A stretch of 63,509 nucleotides of DNA, filler included, from Collodictyon triciliatum (taxonomy: Eukaryota), in assembly GCA_043381765.1 (NCBI GenBank). It is 8 parts of 8 records of this genome, joined end to end, with 100 filler letters (N's around TTAATTAATTAA, not from the genome) between each part and the next. Parts side by side here need not be neighbours in the genome. Positions count along the whole stretch, not along the records: positions 11,390 to 22,672 come from JBHJMP010002444.1; positions 22,773 to 34,045 come from JBHJMP010002445.1; 6 more parts are not named here. The stretch is one strand, 5' to 3'. Below are positions 12,062 to 24,647 of this stretch, piece by piece. The translations under genes and the position numbers were made by a program. A model generated the notes under the pieces. That model made no database searches. It worked only from the letters and a program-made list of their open reading frames with translations, and had not been told where the DNA came from. The number at the start of each line of letters is the position of its first letter. Positions within the stretch are counted from its first letter, which is position 1.

Positions 12062-15000
12062 ATGAGCAAGCCGAACACAACCAGACGGCCCGTCACAACA
12101 AACACGTATCCCTCACAGCGGCCTGCGTCAACTCCTCCGTCTGCCACAAAGTCTGCTGTTTCGGGCTTCTGATAAGCCTTTACAACCACTCACAGGATAT
12201 CCCGCCAAAAGAATGCTAATGTGTGAACCACGAAAACTCCTCCACTACAGAGCAGCAACCTCGTCGGGAAAGGCTTCAGATGCAAGAGTGGCGAAGGAGG
12301 CGGTCCAAGGCTTCGAGCAGGATTTGCAGAGAAAGGACATACTGATTCTGCAGTTGGAAGGTTTTCCTACATTTTACCCTTCTTTTGTCTTTAAAATGCC
12401 TCCTCCTTCCTCCTTTTTTTTTTTATTTTCTATAATTTTCTATAATTTTCTATATTTTTCGGGTTAATCCATACTTTGTATAATCCTTGAGCAACATAAA
12501 GACATCATTAGTAAAGCAAATACAAAATGCAATCAATTATAAGAGAGAGGCTCCTGCGAAATATAAAAAATTCTCAAACACTTAAATAAGTGAAAGCTCC
12601 ATTCCCAGTGGTTGAGGATATAACCCTCTCGCTTGTGTGTCAAGTAAATGAATGTTCTCAAGAAACATTCACGAAAGATGCAATTAGCTATGTCTCTTTT
12701 AATTTATTTTATCACATGTAGCATATGGCTTGCTTTTTTAATTTTATTTATTTCTTCAAAAACACAAACCACATAACAGAAGCTCTTAGTCAACTACGGG
12801 CCGAAAATAAGATTCTTGGAGGAGTTATCAATGACCTGACATCCACTCGAAGTATATTGGTAACAGGATAATCTGCTATGCTATTTTGACAAAGAAAAAA
12901 AAGCAAGAGAACCCATTAAAAAATCAAGAAAATATCTACATCACCACACCAAAGATACCGATAGATGTATTGCCGTCTGTTATCTTGACTTATTACCTAT
13001 ATATTTTTCTCAATAAAAACATAGGAAAAGGAAAACCAAAAGCTACATAGGGAAATAGAAAAACAAAAGAAGAGGGCATGGGAGCTGCAAAATGAAAAGC
13101 TAGAGAACAGACATACTCTTCAATCTACAAATGGAGTTCATAGAACCATCCTTGGTAAGATTCCCACCCCAAAAATGAAGTAAAGTGAAGTGCCGAGAGC
13201 TAATTGTTACTTGAACTCGTAGTTTCACCGTCCTTTAACCTTTTCAACATAAAAGTTCTGAAATATGAAATTGCTAGCAGCAGAAGAAAAATCGAGCCCA
13301 GCACTCACACAAATACATCACGTTAACATGACTGATGCTACTCGACTCGAAATCGCTGCACTAGAGAAGGAAATATCAGTCCTAAGGTATAAATCAGTGA
13401 AAAAAATTACATATGGTAATAGACTTGTGTATACCTGAGGTTTATTTTGGAGAGATTTTTACAAGAGACTTTTGAATACCTTTGAAGTAAAATCTTCTTT
13501 ATTTATTTTTTAAAAAAAAACACTATCCTCATTTCGACAGATCCCAATTAACAAAGAGCGAGGAAGAGAAAAATGCAATGACATGTACCATCTTAGAATT
13601 AAACAAAGAACTAGTAGTATTCAAAAAGGAAAATAAATTACGTCAAAAGCACGAAAGGAACGACCGTCAAATTGACAAAGACACAGTCTGTGATTTTCAC
13701 TTTTTTTCCCAACTAAAGCAATCAAACCTAGGGCAAATCACGAGATATTTTTGAAGACCTGAAATATTCGTGTCCCAGTAAATAAATTATAAATACATTG
13801 GTTTTCTTGGAATAGGAAATGAATAAAGAACATCAGAAGGCTCATATTCAGCACCTAGCTTTAGTTTCGGAAACATACAGAAAAGAGCTTCTGCAAGAGA
13901 GTGAGCGTTGTGCAGAATTGACAGCAAGGCTTCAAGTCATTCAAACAGAGAAAATGAATTTGTTAAAGGCAGCGTCAAAACACCAAAAGAAATCAGAGTC
14001 ATTATCTGTACGTCTCAGGTAAATCCCATACTAACAATTCTTTCAAATTCATCATCTGTTCATAAGGTTTGGATTTTGGAGTTTTACGTTTTTTTTTTTA
14101 AAACTTTTTCCATTGTTTTTAATCGTTTCTTCATCTATTATGTCTATAATATTAACATGAATACAGCCTCTTGACAAGGGAGATAGCAGATATGCAGCTG
14201 CGTTCTAGACGTGACCTGATGCGCGATGTCCTTGAAGAAATGGAAAAGGTGACACTTTCAATCGCCTACCTAACATATTCACAAAGCAAGGTAAATATAT
14301 TGGATATTAAATATAGCAGTAACTGAATCGTAATGCAATATTCATTTTCGTCCTCTAACACACCTCTTTACAGGGACTCACCAGAGACATTGATAGAGAA
14401 GTTAAGAAATCGGTGATTATAAGCGTCCTACAAGTAAGGGCTCATATTCCCGCAATCGAGACTGTTTTTTTTTTTTGAAACATGCGTTTCTATATTTGTG
14501 CACCTCATAAGCAGTTTAATATATTGACGAAATACAGCACAAAATACTGAAATCAGTACCATCAAATCTAAACACTATTACCGCACATCAACGCCATCAC
14601 GTTTCTGGGACAGATGGAGCTTCAAAAAGAAGTGTCTTTGAACGAAACGTTGCGCCATTCTATGAACGATCTTCACGAGCAGATGAAATCCGCATTTGAA
14701 GAACTGAATGACCTCCGACGGCAACACGAAGGAGGTTTTTTCCCCTCTTCTTAAAAGCGGTCAACAAGCCCATGTTTTTTTTCCCTTGCCCCCCTTTGCT
14801 CCGTGTGCGCGCGTATCGCCAGAGTAGAAACATTCGCCCAATGAAACTGGTTTACTACCTTTGGAATTATTATCTTCTTTCAGATTTGCCTGAATACTTT
14901 GATGCAATAATGTGCATTTCTAATATCGTGACAGCACTGAAAGCTCTGAGCGAAGACATCAGCCGCATCCAAACTTTGGAAGGTGGCCGACGGAAAGAGC

Positions 15001-15113
15001 TCAGGCTAGAAGATCGCGCAGAGAGAAACTGTAAACGCCTTGAGGCGGAGCTGAGACGCATGCTTGACCATCACGCTCGCTGCACTCTTGAAAAAGACCG
15101 CGCCATACATTAG
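12062..15113 (+). CDS. Uncharacterised coiled-coil protein, about 11 exons
   Basis: A consistent in-frame GT-AG exon chain gives VQGFEQDLQRKDILILQLEEALSQLRAENKIL...ELRLEDRAERNCKRLEAELRRML; E/K/L/R-rich heptads throughout. Confidence 0.7.
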
Positions 15114-15411
15114 AACTTTCTCTTGATTTTTTTTTAATTCTTTACCCTTCATAAAAATTGTACTACATCACCAATACTGCATTCGAACACAACTTCAAGA
15201 CATGAAAAGAAAAAAAGAGCAAATTATATTTTCTCTGACAGCTTTTTTTTTTTTTTTTGCCTTAAAATATATCACTGAAACCCTTTGTGCTTTCATGTTT
15301 ATGTCATTTCTCTATAATAGAAAGTGTGGTGTAAAGAAAGAGTAAAAATCGAGTAATCTCGGGAAAGTCCCTGGTCTAAGTCTGAGACAAAATAAAGAAA
15401 AGGATTGCCTG

Positions 15412-18400
15412 TCACTCGAATATCTGCTCCAGATTCTCCAAAAACCGCTTCGCATACAGGTCTGGTGGGACACTGGAAATCCCTCGCGGGTCTCTGCGGC
15501 GAAAGTATGCTTTGAACCATCGTTCGGCCTTCTTTTCTGTGGTGTACTCTTGAAAAAGATCGATGATTCCGATGTGGAATGCACGGTCGTTGACAGAACC
15601 AGATATCAGGCTTGTCTGGTCCTCGTCGACTTTCTCCTCGACACCTCCGCAGTATTGTTTGAAGAAGGGAGCGGGTGTGCTACCCTCGAAGCCGAGCCTT
15701 GAGTACAGATTTCCGGAGACAGACAAGCGGCGGGTGGCTTTTCGGTCTCTGGACACGCGAATCCCTTCGCTGATGGCCAGTAGCAAGGAATAATCTACAG
15801 TGAAAGAGGCCGTGGGTGAACAGACACAGCCGAAGACACAATCCATATGGTATATTCTGGGGATGACTTAACGCCACCAATTGAAGAGAAGTGAAAGCCC
15901 TGCAACATCGAAAAAGAAAAAAGAAAAATAAAAAGAAAAATAAAAAGAAAAATAAAAAGAAAAATAAAAAGAAAAATAAAAAGAAAAATAAAAAGAAAAA
16001 TAAAAAGANNNNNNNNNNNNNNNNNNNNNNNNNNNNNNNNNNNNNNNNNNNNNNNNNNNNNNNNNNNNNNNNNNNNNNNNNNNNNNNNNNNNNNNNNNNN
16101 NNNNNNNNNNNNNNNNNNNNNNNNNNNNNNNNNNNNNNNNNNNNNNNNNNNNNNNNNNNNNNNNNNNNNNNNNNNNNNNNNNNNNNNNNNNNNNNNNNNN
16201 NNNNNNNNNNNNNNNNNNNNNNNNNNNNNNNNNNNNNNNNNNNNNNNNNNNNNNNNNNNNNNNAATAATAAAAATAATAATAATAAAAATAATAATAATA
16301 AAAATAATAATAATAAAAATAATAATAATAAAAATAATAATAATAAAAATAATAATAATAAAAATAATAATAATAAAAAGAATAATAAAAAGAGGAAAGA
16401 GGAAAGAGGAAAGAGGAAAGAGATAAAGAGCGCCTTACCCATTATACCCAAGCTGCACAGAAAGTCAGTGTCCGCTCTGATCTGCTGTACTAGCCGAGAC
16501 TTCATTTCCGGCCCAATGGAAAGAGTGCCCACCAACCTGCGAAAATCAGTATCCTTCAGAGTTTTACTCGACAAATCACGTGCTTTCCTTTGGTTAGATA
16601 ATGAGCGTGGTGATGTTGCATCCACAGATTTTTCATGAGTGCCTTCGACCTATGACCATTTGCATACATTTACTACACGATAAAGAAATAAAATAAAATA
16701 AAATAAAATAAAATAAAATAAAATAAAATAAAATAAAACAATTAATATATCATAATCATCTGTATTCTACAGCACAGATCAGACAAATGATTATGCATCA
16801 CTTACAGGTTTCTTGGGGATGTCGATGACATGGAAGCATGATTCTTTCTTTCCTTGGATTGCAGAAAGCTCACTCTGCATATCCTGTTCAAGGACACATC
16901 TATCTATCCATGAGCCCTAAAGTTTAATATCTATCAGCAAAATTGCCACATATGCGATAGATATCAATTGCAAACAGAACCTTTAGATCGAATGTCAGGG
17001 TTCGCTTCCGGTCTCCTGGTGTGTGTATGACATTTTCCATCACAACAAAATACCTGTCATGGTTAATTTATTGTTATATGCAACGATTTTGAGTTTAAAT
17101 AACCATACTGCCAGCAAAACCATTCGCAGAAACAAAACTATTTGATGAATTTGGACTTTTTTTTTGATTTGATAGTTTTCTCACATCGATACCCCATAAA
17201 TCATTATAGAATGGAGGCCATATAACCGAGTTATCAATGTATCTGGATTCCTGTCAAGGTGATTGTGATACTCTTTCAGAATATCCAAAAGTTTTCTTGC
17301 TTCCGATTCAGACATTGTCTTGATGATGAACCGACGGTCCCTGGAAAAGTACAAGAACGAACCACTTTTACCTTCCGAGAACGTCTCCTTCAGCTCTTGT
17401 GAAATAGTAACTTCCCGGCTTCCTGGCGTGCCACATAGGCTATGCAGGCCATATGAAGGGGTGAGAGAGTCAGAACGAAAAAAAAAAAAAGAAAAAGAAA
17501 TCAAGTCGACTTACAAGAGCATCAAAATCATAATGCATCAGTCTTAGTATTTGTTACCTCTCCATGTAAACCTCTGTTGTTATCCCATTTCGCTCTCGAA
17601 TGTAACGAAACACCAACATGGCATATGAGCGAAATACGAACTTGTAATGCGAGTTTGTGTTTCCTACATTCATCTCCAACAAACATTGGAAGTTTCTCTG
17701 ATGGTAAATATCATCGGTGCTCGGGCCAGCAGCCATTAACGCTGTATCACGAATGCCCATCAGAGTGCATTTCAACACGTCTTTTCTGTACTGCTCTGGT
17801 ATTTCTTTTCGTAGCATCAGCTGTGCTTTTTTAAGGTTAGAACAAAGGGGAAACAAAACAAAACAAAAATAACCAAAAAAGCAAGAGTTTTCACACAGAA
17901 TATTGTATTTATTACGATGGAGATTGGAAACAATTGGATTAGTCGCTGGTGAAAGTGCACTGATGAATCCTTTCAGACTTATCATTGTTTGTAATTAAAA
18001 GTATACCTCGATCTTCAAGTCTGATATGCTACTTCTAAAATACCAGACAATTGCGTTGAGGACACCCTTTCCGCTAATAAGAAGTGCAAATATCTTAAGG
18101 ACATACGTCTCTGAATCCTTGATGATAAAACTGAATGCGTTAGAAAATAATCAACATGTCTTCTATTGCTACTCCTGGTACATGAAAAGTGTGTTGACAG
18201 AGTGAGAGGAAAATGTAACCTGTGGGTCGCATTCTACTATACTGTTATTATCACCCTCCAGTTTGTTCTTTTTGATCAGATATACAAAGAATGTAACAAA
18301 TAGGAGAGCATAGTAGACAACATATGCGACGATGTGAATCGCGTTGTGCTTTATCACATTCGATCTCATTTCAAGAGTGGCTCTTGTGGATTCGTCCTAC

Positions 18401-19533
18401 CGATCGAATGTCGGGTTAGCCTTGGTCTCAAATTCTCGACAACTTGAATGATTAAAAATATCACAAGATTTTGATTATATTAGCATAAAGCATAATTGGT
18501 CCTATTGAACAATCGAATGCTAACGTGTTGGGCCATTTCAAATTCCCTATTCTTGGTCCATAAGTTCCATTCTTTCATGCAGTGGAAAAGCACTCCAACA
18601 GAGAAGCCCATGTAGACTATGACAAAGATGTAGTACAGACCCCAGCTGTATTCGTTGATCTACAACAAGATGCCCTTATTTTTTAGACCAGTCAAATCGC
18701 CCAGCATGAGAATTAACAACATGCAACAAACTGGAGTTGTGATCTGAGGCTTGCTGCTAATGTTCATGTGAAAACAAAAGAGAAACCATACGAAGTGGTC
18801 TGTCGATTTTATCCAGCGAATGCACACGTAGGAGACCCCAATTAGATCACCACCCGATAAGAGAACAACACCAGAGAGAATTGATGTACTCCAGGCAAAA
18901 ATATGGTAATACTTGAGTTTCTCGGTGTGGTCCACAAAAGGATTTCGCAGCGTGCTGAGCAAATCCCACGACAAAAGCATGAACCAAGTAATGGAGCCCA
19001 GTAATGCTATCTGCAAATACATGATGGAAATACAAGAGAAGCTTGGGTAATTATAACATAATAAGAATAGATGATGGTATTGGTTGCACAAGCCTGTCTA
19101 TTGATATACATGTATATATTCGACAAACCTGAGTTATAAATCCACATAATTCACTCCACTTACTACCATCTTTTGGGGTGTCGGTTTCCCAGTCTAAATG
19201 GACTTGTATGAACATCGGAATAGTGAAAAGAACGTCGCAGAAAGTTCCCCAAATATGCAAGGACGACGGATGGCGGTTTAGTGGACCAAGTTTGTAGTAG
19301 GTCACAAAGACGTATAATGCAGCAAACATAGTCATGATGGAGCCGGAAAAGTAGTACCATATTACGTTCATGTACTTAACAGACACAACATCAGATATGA
19401 TAACAGTAATTATTGCCACAAGTCCCAGAGCACCACATATTTTTGCGTACTGCACTATCTTGAATATGTCTCTAATTCTAGACTCCAGCTGCATTCTTGC
19501 CTCTGTACCTTTCGTGTTGGTCATTTCGGCCAT
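15412..19533 (-). CDS. GPCR-PIPK: G-protein-coupled-receptor-like TM domain fused to a phosphatidylinositol phosphate kinase (RpkA/oomycete GK type), about 11 exons
   Basis: TM exons include LCGFITQIALLGSITWFMLLSWDLL..LRNPF, YYHIFAW and LISGKGVLNAIVW. Linker is YRKDVLKCTLMGI. PIPK motifs are SEGKSGSFLYFSRDRRFIIKT, LITRLYGLHS, FDLKGS, TLKDTDF, IMDYSLLL, GIIDLFQEY and ISSVPPDLYAKRF. One continuous spliced frame. Confidence 0.92.
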
Positions 19534-20974
19534 GGTTTGTGCGAGAAGATCAAGGCTATTTAGGAAACTCTTTTTTTTAGGAACGAGATAGCCTGAAAAA
19601 ATAAGAAGAAAAAAAGAAGAAGGATTCCCAGACAATATAGGTGCTTCAAAAATTGTATTTCCTTTTTTTTTTTTTGTACCTTCTCATCGACACAGAATCA
19701 TTTACCAGAGAACCATTTCTAGGTAATCTATGATAAAATTGGGAGGCATCCGTAATAAGCAAAAATTTTCCTTAGTCATTTAGATAGTTGAAGGGCATCG
19801 CATTCGTGGCTGAAAGGAAGATTGCTTGTACGGGATAAGAAAAGAGTAAAGATGGGTACAACAGTATGTCGCTTACCCTTCACTTGCAATCCTCCTTTGT
19901 TCTGAACTTTTCTATGAAGAGATGCGGTTACATGTCCCATGAAATATCCAACAATGACGACGATGGCATCAAGCAGATGAGAAGTTGAAATGGAGGCGGT
20001 CAGTCAAGAAGTGGCAGATTCGGGACAGAAATGGTCATGCTTTACCGTTCAAAGAGTATATGAAGTTGTATCAATGCACAGACCTTTGCCGAGGCTCCTT
20101 CGTTCCATGAATGCCGTAGCATGTAACTCGACGAAGATCCCGCAGAGAGTCCAGAAAAAGGAGAATTGATGTTCTTTGCGTTTAGACGGACATCTAATGG
20201 CAGGAATATCAGCCACCGTGAAAGGCCCTTCTTTGATATGAGCCATCGCTGAGAGAAACATATTTCTTGGCTAAAAAATAAATAAAGAAAAAAGAAAAAA
20301 GGTATAAAGGAGAACCTTCCAAGACAGGGTCGATGTCCAGCGAATCTCTTAGGGACATTCGCCTTCCTTGAGAGTCAAGAAGCATAGGATTAGCCGCAGC
20401 GACAACCAACAAATACATACCAACGTGAACCAGCACACGAGTTTTCTTTGCGATGATCAAAAAAAAAAAACAACCAAGAAAAAGGTTTTGACATTCTTTG
20501 AGTGGAAAAAATAATCTGCAAAAAGCAAACAAAACAAACGCCGACGGAAAATATGGGTGTGTCCCAAAGTTTCAGATTGCTTTCCAATTAAGTACTTCTT
20601 AATTAGGTATGAATAATCAAGCTAACAGCCCTTTGTTGCGTCTTGGACGTAAGTCTGGCGTTCCCATCCTTCGCAAAACAGAAGGAGCAACAACACATAG
20701 ACTTTGTGTTTTGCATTACTCTGAAATCGATAATCCCTTCAATTTCATGCATTTCATAAGGGGAAAGGATAATGGGCATAGATTGTTCGGCAAGCATTTT
20801 TTTTTATTTGGTAGGCTCTGTGCAAGCAAAACACATATAGTCACATGCAATAAAACAAAGACACGAAACACAAAAGACTGGTTTACGGGACAGCAGTTCA
20901 TCAAGACTAATATATTTTCAAAGACATTAACGATAAACAGTTTCGAAAACAATTATCATCTATGCAGGATAAGA

Positions 20975-21823
20975 TTAGCGCTTGAGAGGCTTAGGTAATA
21001 CTGGGCTCTGCGCTCGTACAGTTTTTGTCGACTTATGCAGTGGCTGATCTGAGACAATGGAGGACTCAAGTTTCTTTGAGACCCTGCCTGTGAAATGTGG
21101 ATTGCTCCACTCAGCGAGAGATGACGAATCCTCAATCTCAATGTGACGCACCTGCTTCAGGGATTGTCTCCTTTCTACCGGGGACATCTGCTGCAGAGTA
21201 AAGATGGCCTCCTGCGGAACTCTGAACTCCTTTCTGGGATGTGCTTCACGGACAGGCGCAGACGGAGATGCTTGGCGCAGGGCTGATTTCTTTCCTTTTC
21301 TGCCGCCAAGCACAAACGCAATAAATTCGTCCACAGAGAGTTGGTTGTCTCCGTCCTTGTCTAAACAGGGTGATGTGAACATGAAGATATTAAAAAAAAA
21401 AGAACGAGAGAAAAGGACGAACAAGAAGGAAGAAAGTAATGATAGTGGCTTGTTTCGAGCATATTGTGTTGAGAGGTCGATGGCTGGCATAAGACATACC
21501 GAACTGCACGAACAAGGAGCGGACCTCTGCGTGGGAGATTGCGATCCCAAACGACCGGATTCCTTGCTCGAACTCGCCCATATCAACAAGTCCATCTTTG
21601 CTCTGATCCACCTTCGCAAAAGCCTGTAAAGCAGACGTATTGTTCATTTCTTATCTAACATTGCTGTCATTCTCATCATTATCTTGGGAAATAACAAAAC
21701 AAAGAGGAACGAGCAGAGTCGGACTTGGCGGAGGTAGACTTCCGGGTCGTCATCGTTGCGGTTGTGGAGAATCAGTCGGACGCGATCGGCTGCCCGCTGT
21801 GCAAGAAATGAGTTGTTTGCCAT
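20975..21823 (-). CDS. Two-EF-hand calcium-binding protein with a basic C-terminal tail
   Basis: Spliced YLRQ|AFAKVDQSKDGLVDMGEF...LFVQF|DKDGDNQLSVDEFIAF. The 3' exon structure is uncertain. Confidence 0.8.
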
Positions 21824-22099
21824 CGTGTGCGGATCGGCCCAAGAGTGATGAACGCCTCGCTAGTAAGCTTGACTCTGGCGACGTTGTGCACAGGCAAGAC
21901 CAAACAGGGATGAAAAAAAAAAAAGAGTTAGTTTTGTGGCACGGGTCAGGGCTTTTCCAACTTCGAAGAGCGACCAGAACGATGAAAAGCAAAAGGGAAA
22001 AATAGAACGAGTCTGAGAGGGGGCTGGAGTTTAAGTGAGTGGGAGCGACGCGGAAAAGCACCGAGTTGCACGTAAGTCCAGGAAGACCCGCGCAAGGAA

Positions 22100-22672
22100 G
22101 CCGCCTGCGATTCTGTCTGAATGGACAATATTTTTGCACGGTTGAGCAAGTCGTTTACAACAAGAACAAGGCCCAAAGGCTCACCGATGCGCTTGCCTCC
22201 TTCTTGAAAGCGAACAAACTTTGGGAAGAGTCCATCCAATTGCGATTACCAGACAGCGAAGGCCTTTGCCTGATCGCCTTCCGCACTGCAGAAAACGCCC
22301 GAAAGCTTCTGGAACTGAAGCAGGTAAGTTTGATCGATATTACGAACAGCTTCAGCAGAAGTAAAATCAACAGAGACCTCAGTGATGCTCTATCAACTAC
22401 CGCTGGACGTGAGGCCGCAAATCCTTGGTGAGGAGCTGAAGCCGTTCAGACCGACCCATGTAGAGATCAAAAAGGACAAAAGCTTCTTCACAGACACGGC
22501 CGTGGTGAAGCTTCTTTGCCATAAGAACCAGCTCACTGCAAAGTTCACAGTCTTGGAAAGAAGTGCCCGAAGCGCATCCTCAAAGAGCGTCCGCCAGCCG
22601 CGAACAACGAACGACAAGTAAAAGCCCCGCAAAAGAATACACCTGCCAAGCAGACAAGCAGCAACGGGGACA
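22100..22672 (+). mobile_element. Degenerate LINE ORF1-like remnant with frameshifts, cut by the contig end
   Basis: Overlapping frames LCLIAFRTAENARKLLELKQV... and VMLYQLPLDVRPQILGEELKPF...TDTAVVKL resemble RRM-type ORF1 segments. The 3' part is repeated at 260-392. No introns are evident. Confidence 0.55.
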
Positions 22673-23362
22673 NNNNNNNNNNNNNNNNNNNNNNNNNNNN
22701 NNNNNNNNNNNNNNNNTTAATTAATTAANNNNNNNNNNNNNNNNNNNNNNNNNNNNNNNNNNNNNNNNNNNNTCTTCTTTCTTCTTTCTTCTTTCTTCTT
22801 TCTTCTTTCTTCTTTCTTCTTTCTTTCTTTCTTCTTTCTTCTTTCTTTCTTTCTTCTTTCTTCTTTCTTCTTTCTTCTTTCTTCTTTCTTCTTTCTTCTT
22901 TCTTCTTTCTTCTTTCTTCTTTCTTCTTTCTTCTTTCTTCTTTCTTTCTTTCTTCTTTCTTCTTTCTTCTTTCTTCTTTCTTCTTTGACTGTATATTTTT
23001 CTTTCCCACAAATTATTGGATGGAAAGCCTTGGATTACATTTGTTTGAAAATCATAGAGTCGTGTGTGTCCATGATTTAAAAGAAGAGAGTATGAAAGAA
23101 ATCGCAAAGATATATGGGAATGAAAGAAATAGTAAAATATCCAAAAAGAAAAAGAGTATCTTTTTCTACAACAGGGCAAGTATCAACTGGAACAATTGGG
23201 TGTTCCGGTTTTGATATCATGGTTTCGCCAAAGTTTAATTTTTAATGCACATTTTCTGAATTAACGATTGGATGGGATGTTTGTATGTCAGGGATTGGCT
23301 TCTTTGTGAGTGATGACATTTTATTTATTTTATTTTATTTTATAAAAAAAAAAAAAAACCAG

Positions 23363-24647
23363 GGGCTGGATGCAGGTGGAAAAACGACCTTATTATACAA
23401 ATTAGCCCTAGCAGAAATAGTAAACACTATCCCCACAGTCGGATTCAACTTCGAGAATGTCCAACTGGGAAAATACAGTATGACTATCTGGGACGTTGGG
23501 ATGCGAGATAAAGTAACTGTAAACCAATGGAATACATGTATGCCAATCAAAACGGATTCGTATTTTCGGGTATTAAATCTGCTAAACCATTCAATTAGGG
23601 TCGACCTTTCTGGCGTCATTATTTCAAAAATATGAATATACTGATCTTCGTCATCGACTCCAACGATACTGAACGTTTTGATGAAGCCATCAGGGAGCTT
23701 TCGTGGGTGGTGAAGGATGAAGAACTTGCGCATGTTGTGGTTTTATTGCTCGCCTCAAAGCAGGTTCGCATAATCATAAGCATGACTGTGTCATTTAATC
23801 GAGCACATAGAAACCAGGTACTTTTTTTGAAGTAATTAACTCAACTGATGGTGCCTCCGGTGCTGAATAATTTTTTCACGAAATCAAAGGATTTGCCAGG
23901 TGCCATGAGCCCAGAATACATGAAGGAACGGGGCAATCTTAACGAGTTACTCGATGTATGTAATATATAATATCCCCTTTGTGTTCCTTTTTTTTTTTTT
24001 TTTTCACCTTCCTATTGATTCCTCTTATATGTGCTTCGTTGGTATCTTCATTTTTTGTATAAATTGCATAACTTCTGTTAAAAAAATAAATAAAAGAGGC
24101 TAATAGATTAGGCTTGGATTGAGGAAATGCACTGGTGTGGCATCTCAATTTTTTTTTTTTACAGGGAAAAGATTGGATGATCACTGGTTATAATATTCAA
24201 GATGAAGGCAACGTAATAGAAGCTCTTATGTGGGCTGGTTCAGTCCTACAAGCAAGAAATAAGATGAATACAATTCAAGAAAGTATGTGTCATATAATCT
24301 TTAATTACCGTAATTACTCCCCAATCATGTGATTTGAAAAGTAATGTTGAAACTAACTTAATATCATATATTGTTTTAAAAAGGCATTATTCGTTTCCTC
24401 TTTCATGAGAAAAATATGTTCGCTTCGTGTTATCACTACTTCAATATTTTCCCCTCATCCTATTTGCTTCATGATAGGCTTTCACCACGCTCAAAATGGG
24501 CTTTCAAATCGCCTCTTCTCCTTTATGAAATACATTTGGCCTTTCTGTGCCGAACAAGAACAAGGTAAAAGAGAAGAAACAAGCCCTCCACAAGACCAGA
24601 AAATGGCTGAGATGAATTCACCAGAGCCTTCCACCAGTAATGCATAA
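23363..24647 (+). CDS. Divergent Arf/Arl family small GTPase with a C-terminal extension; 5' exon unresolved
   Basis: [55 protein letters not shown] and LLASKQ|DLPGAMS; TAA at 24645-24647. Confidence 0.88.

Noticed and set aside
12106-12250. GTATCCCT donor as a second U12 intron
   Set aside because: Deviates from GTATCCTT, has no TCCTTAAC near the in-frame acceptor, and a U2-like GCTAAT is present.
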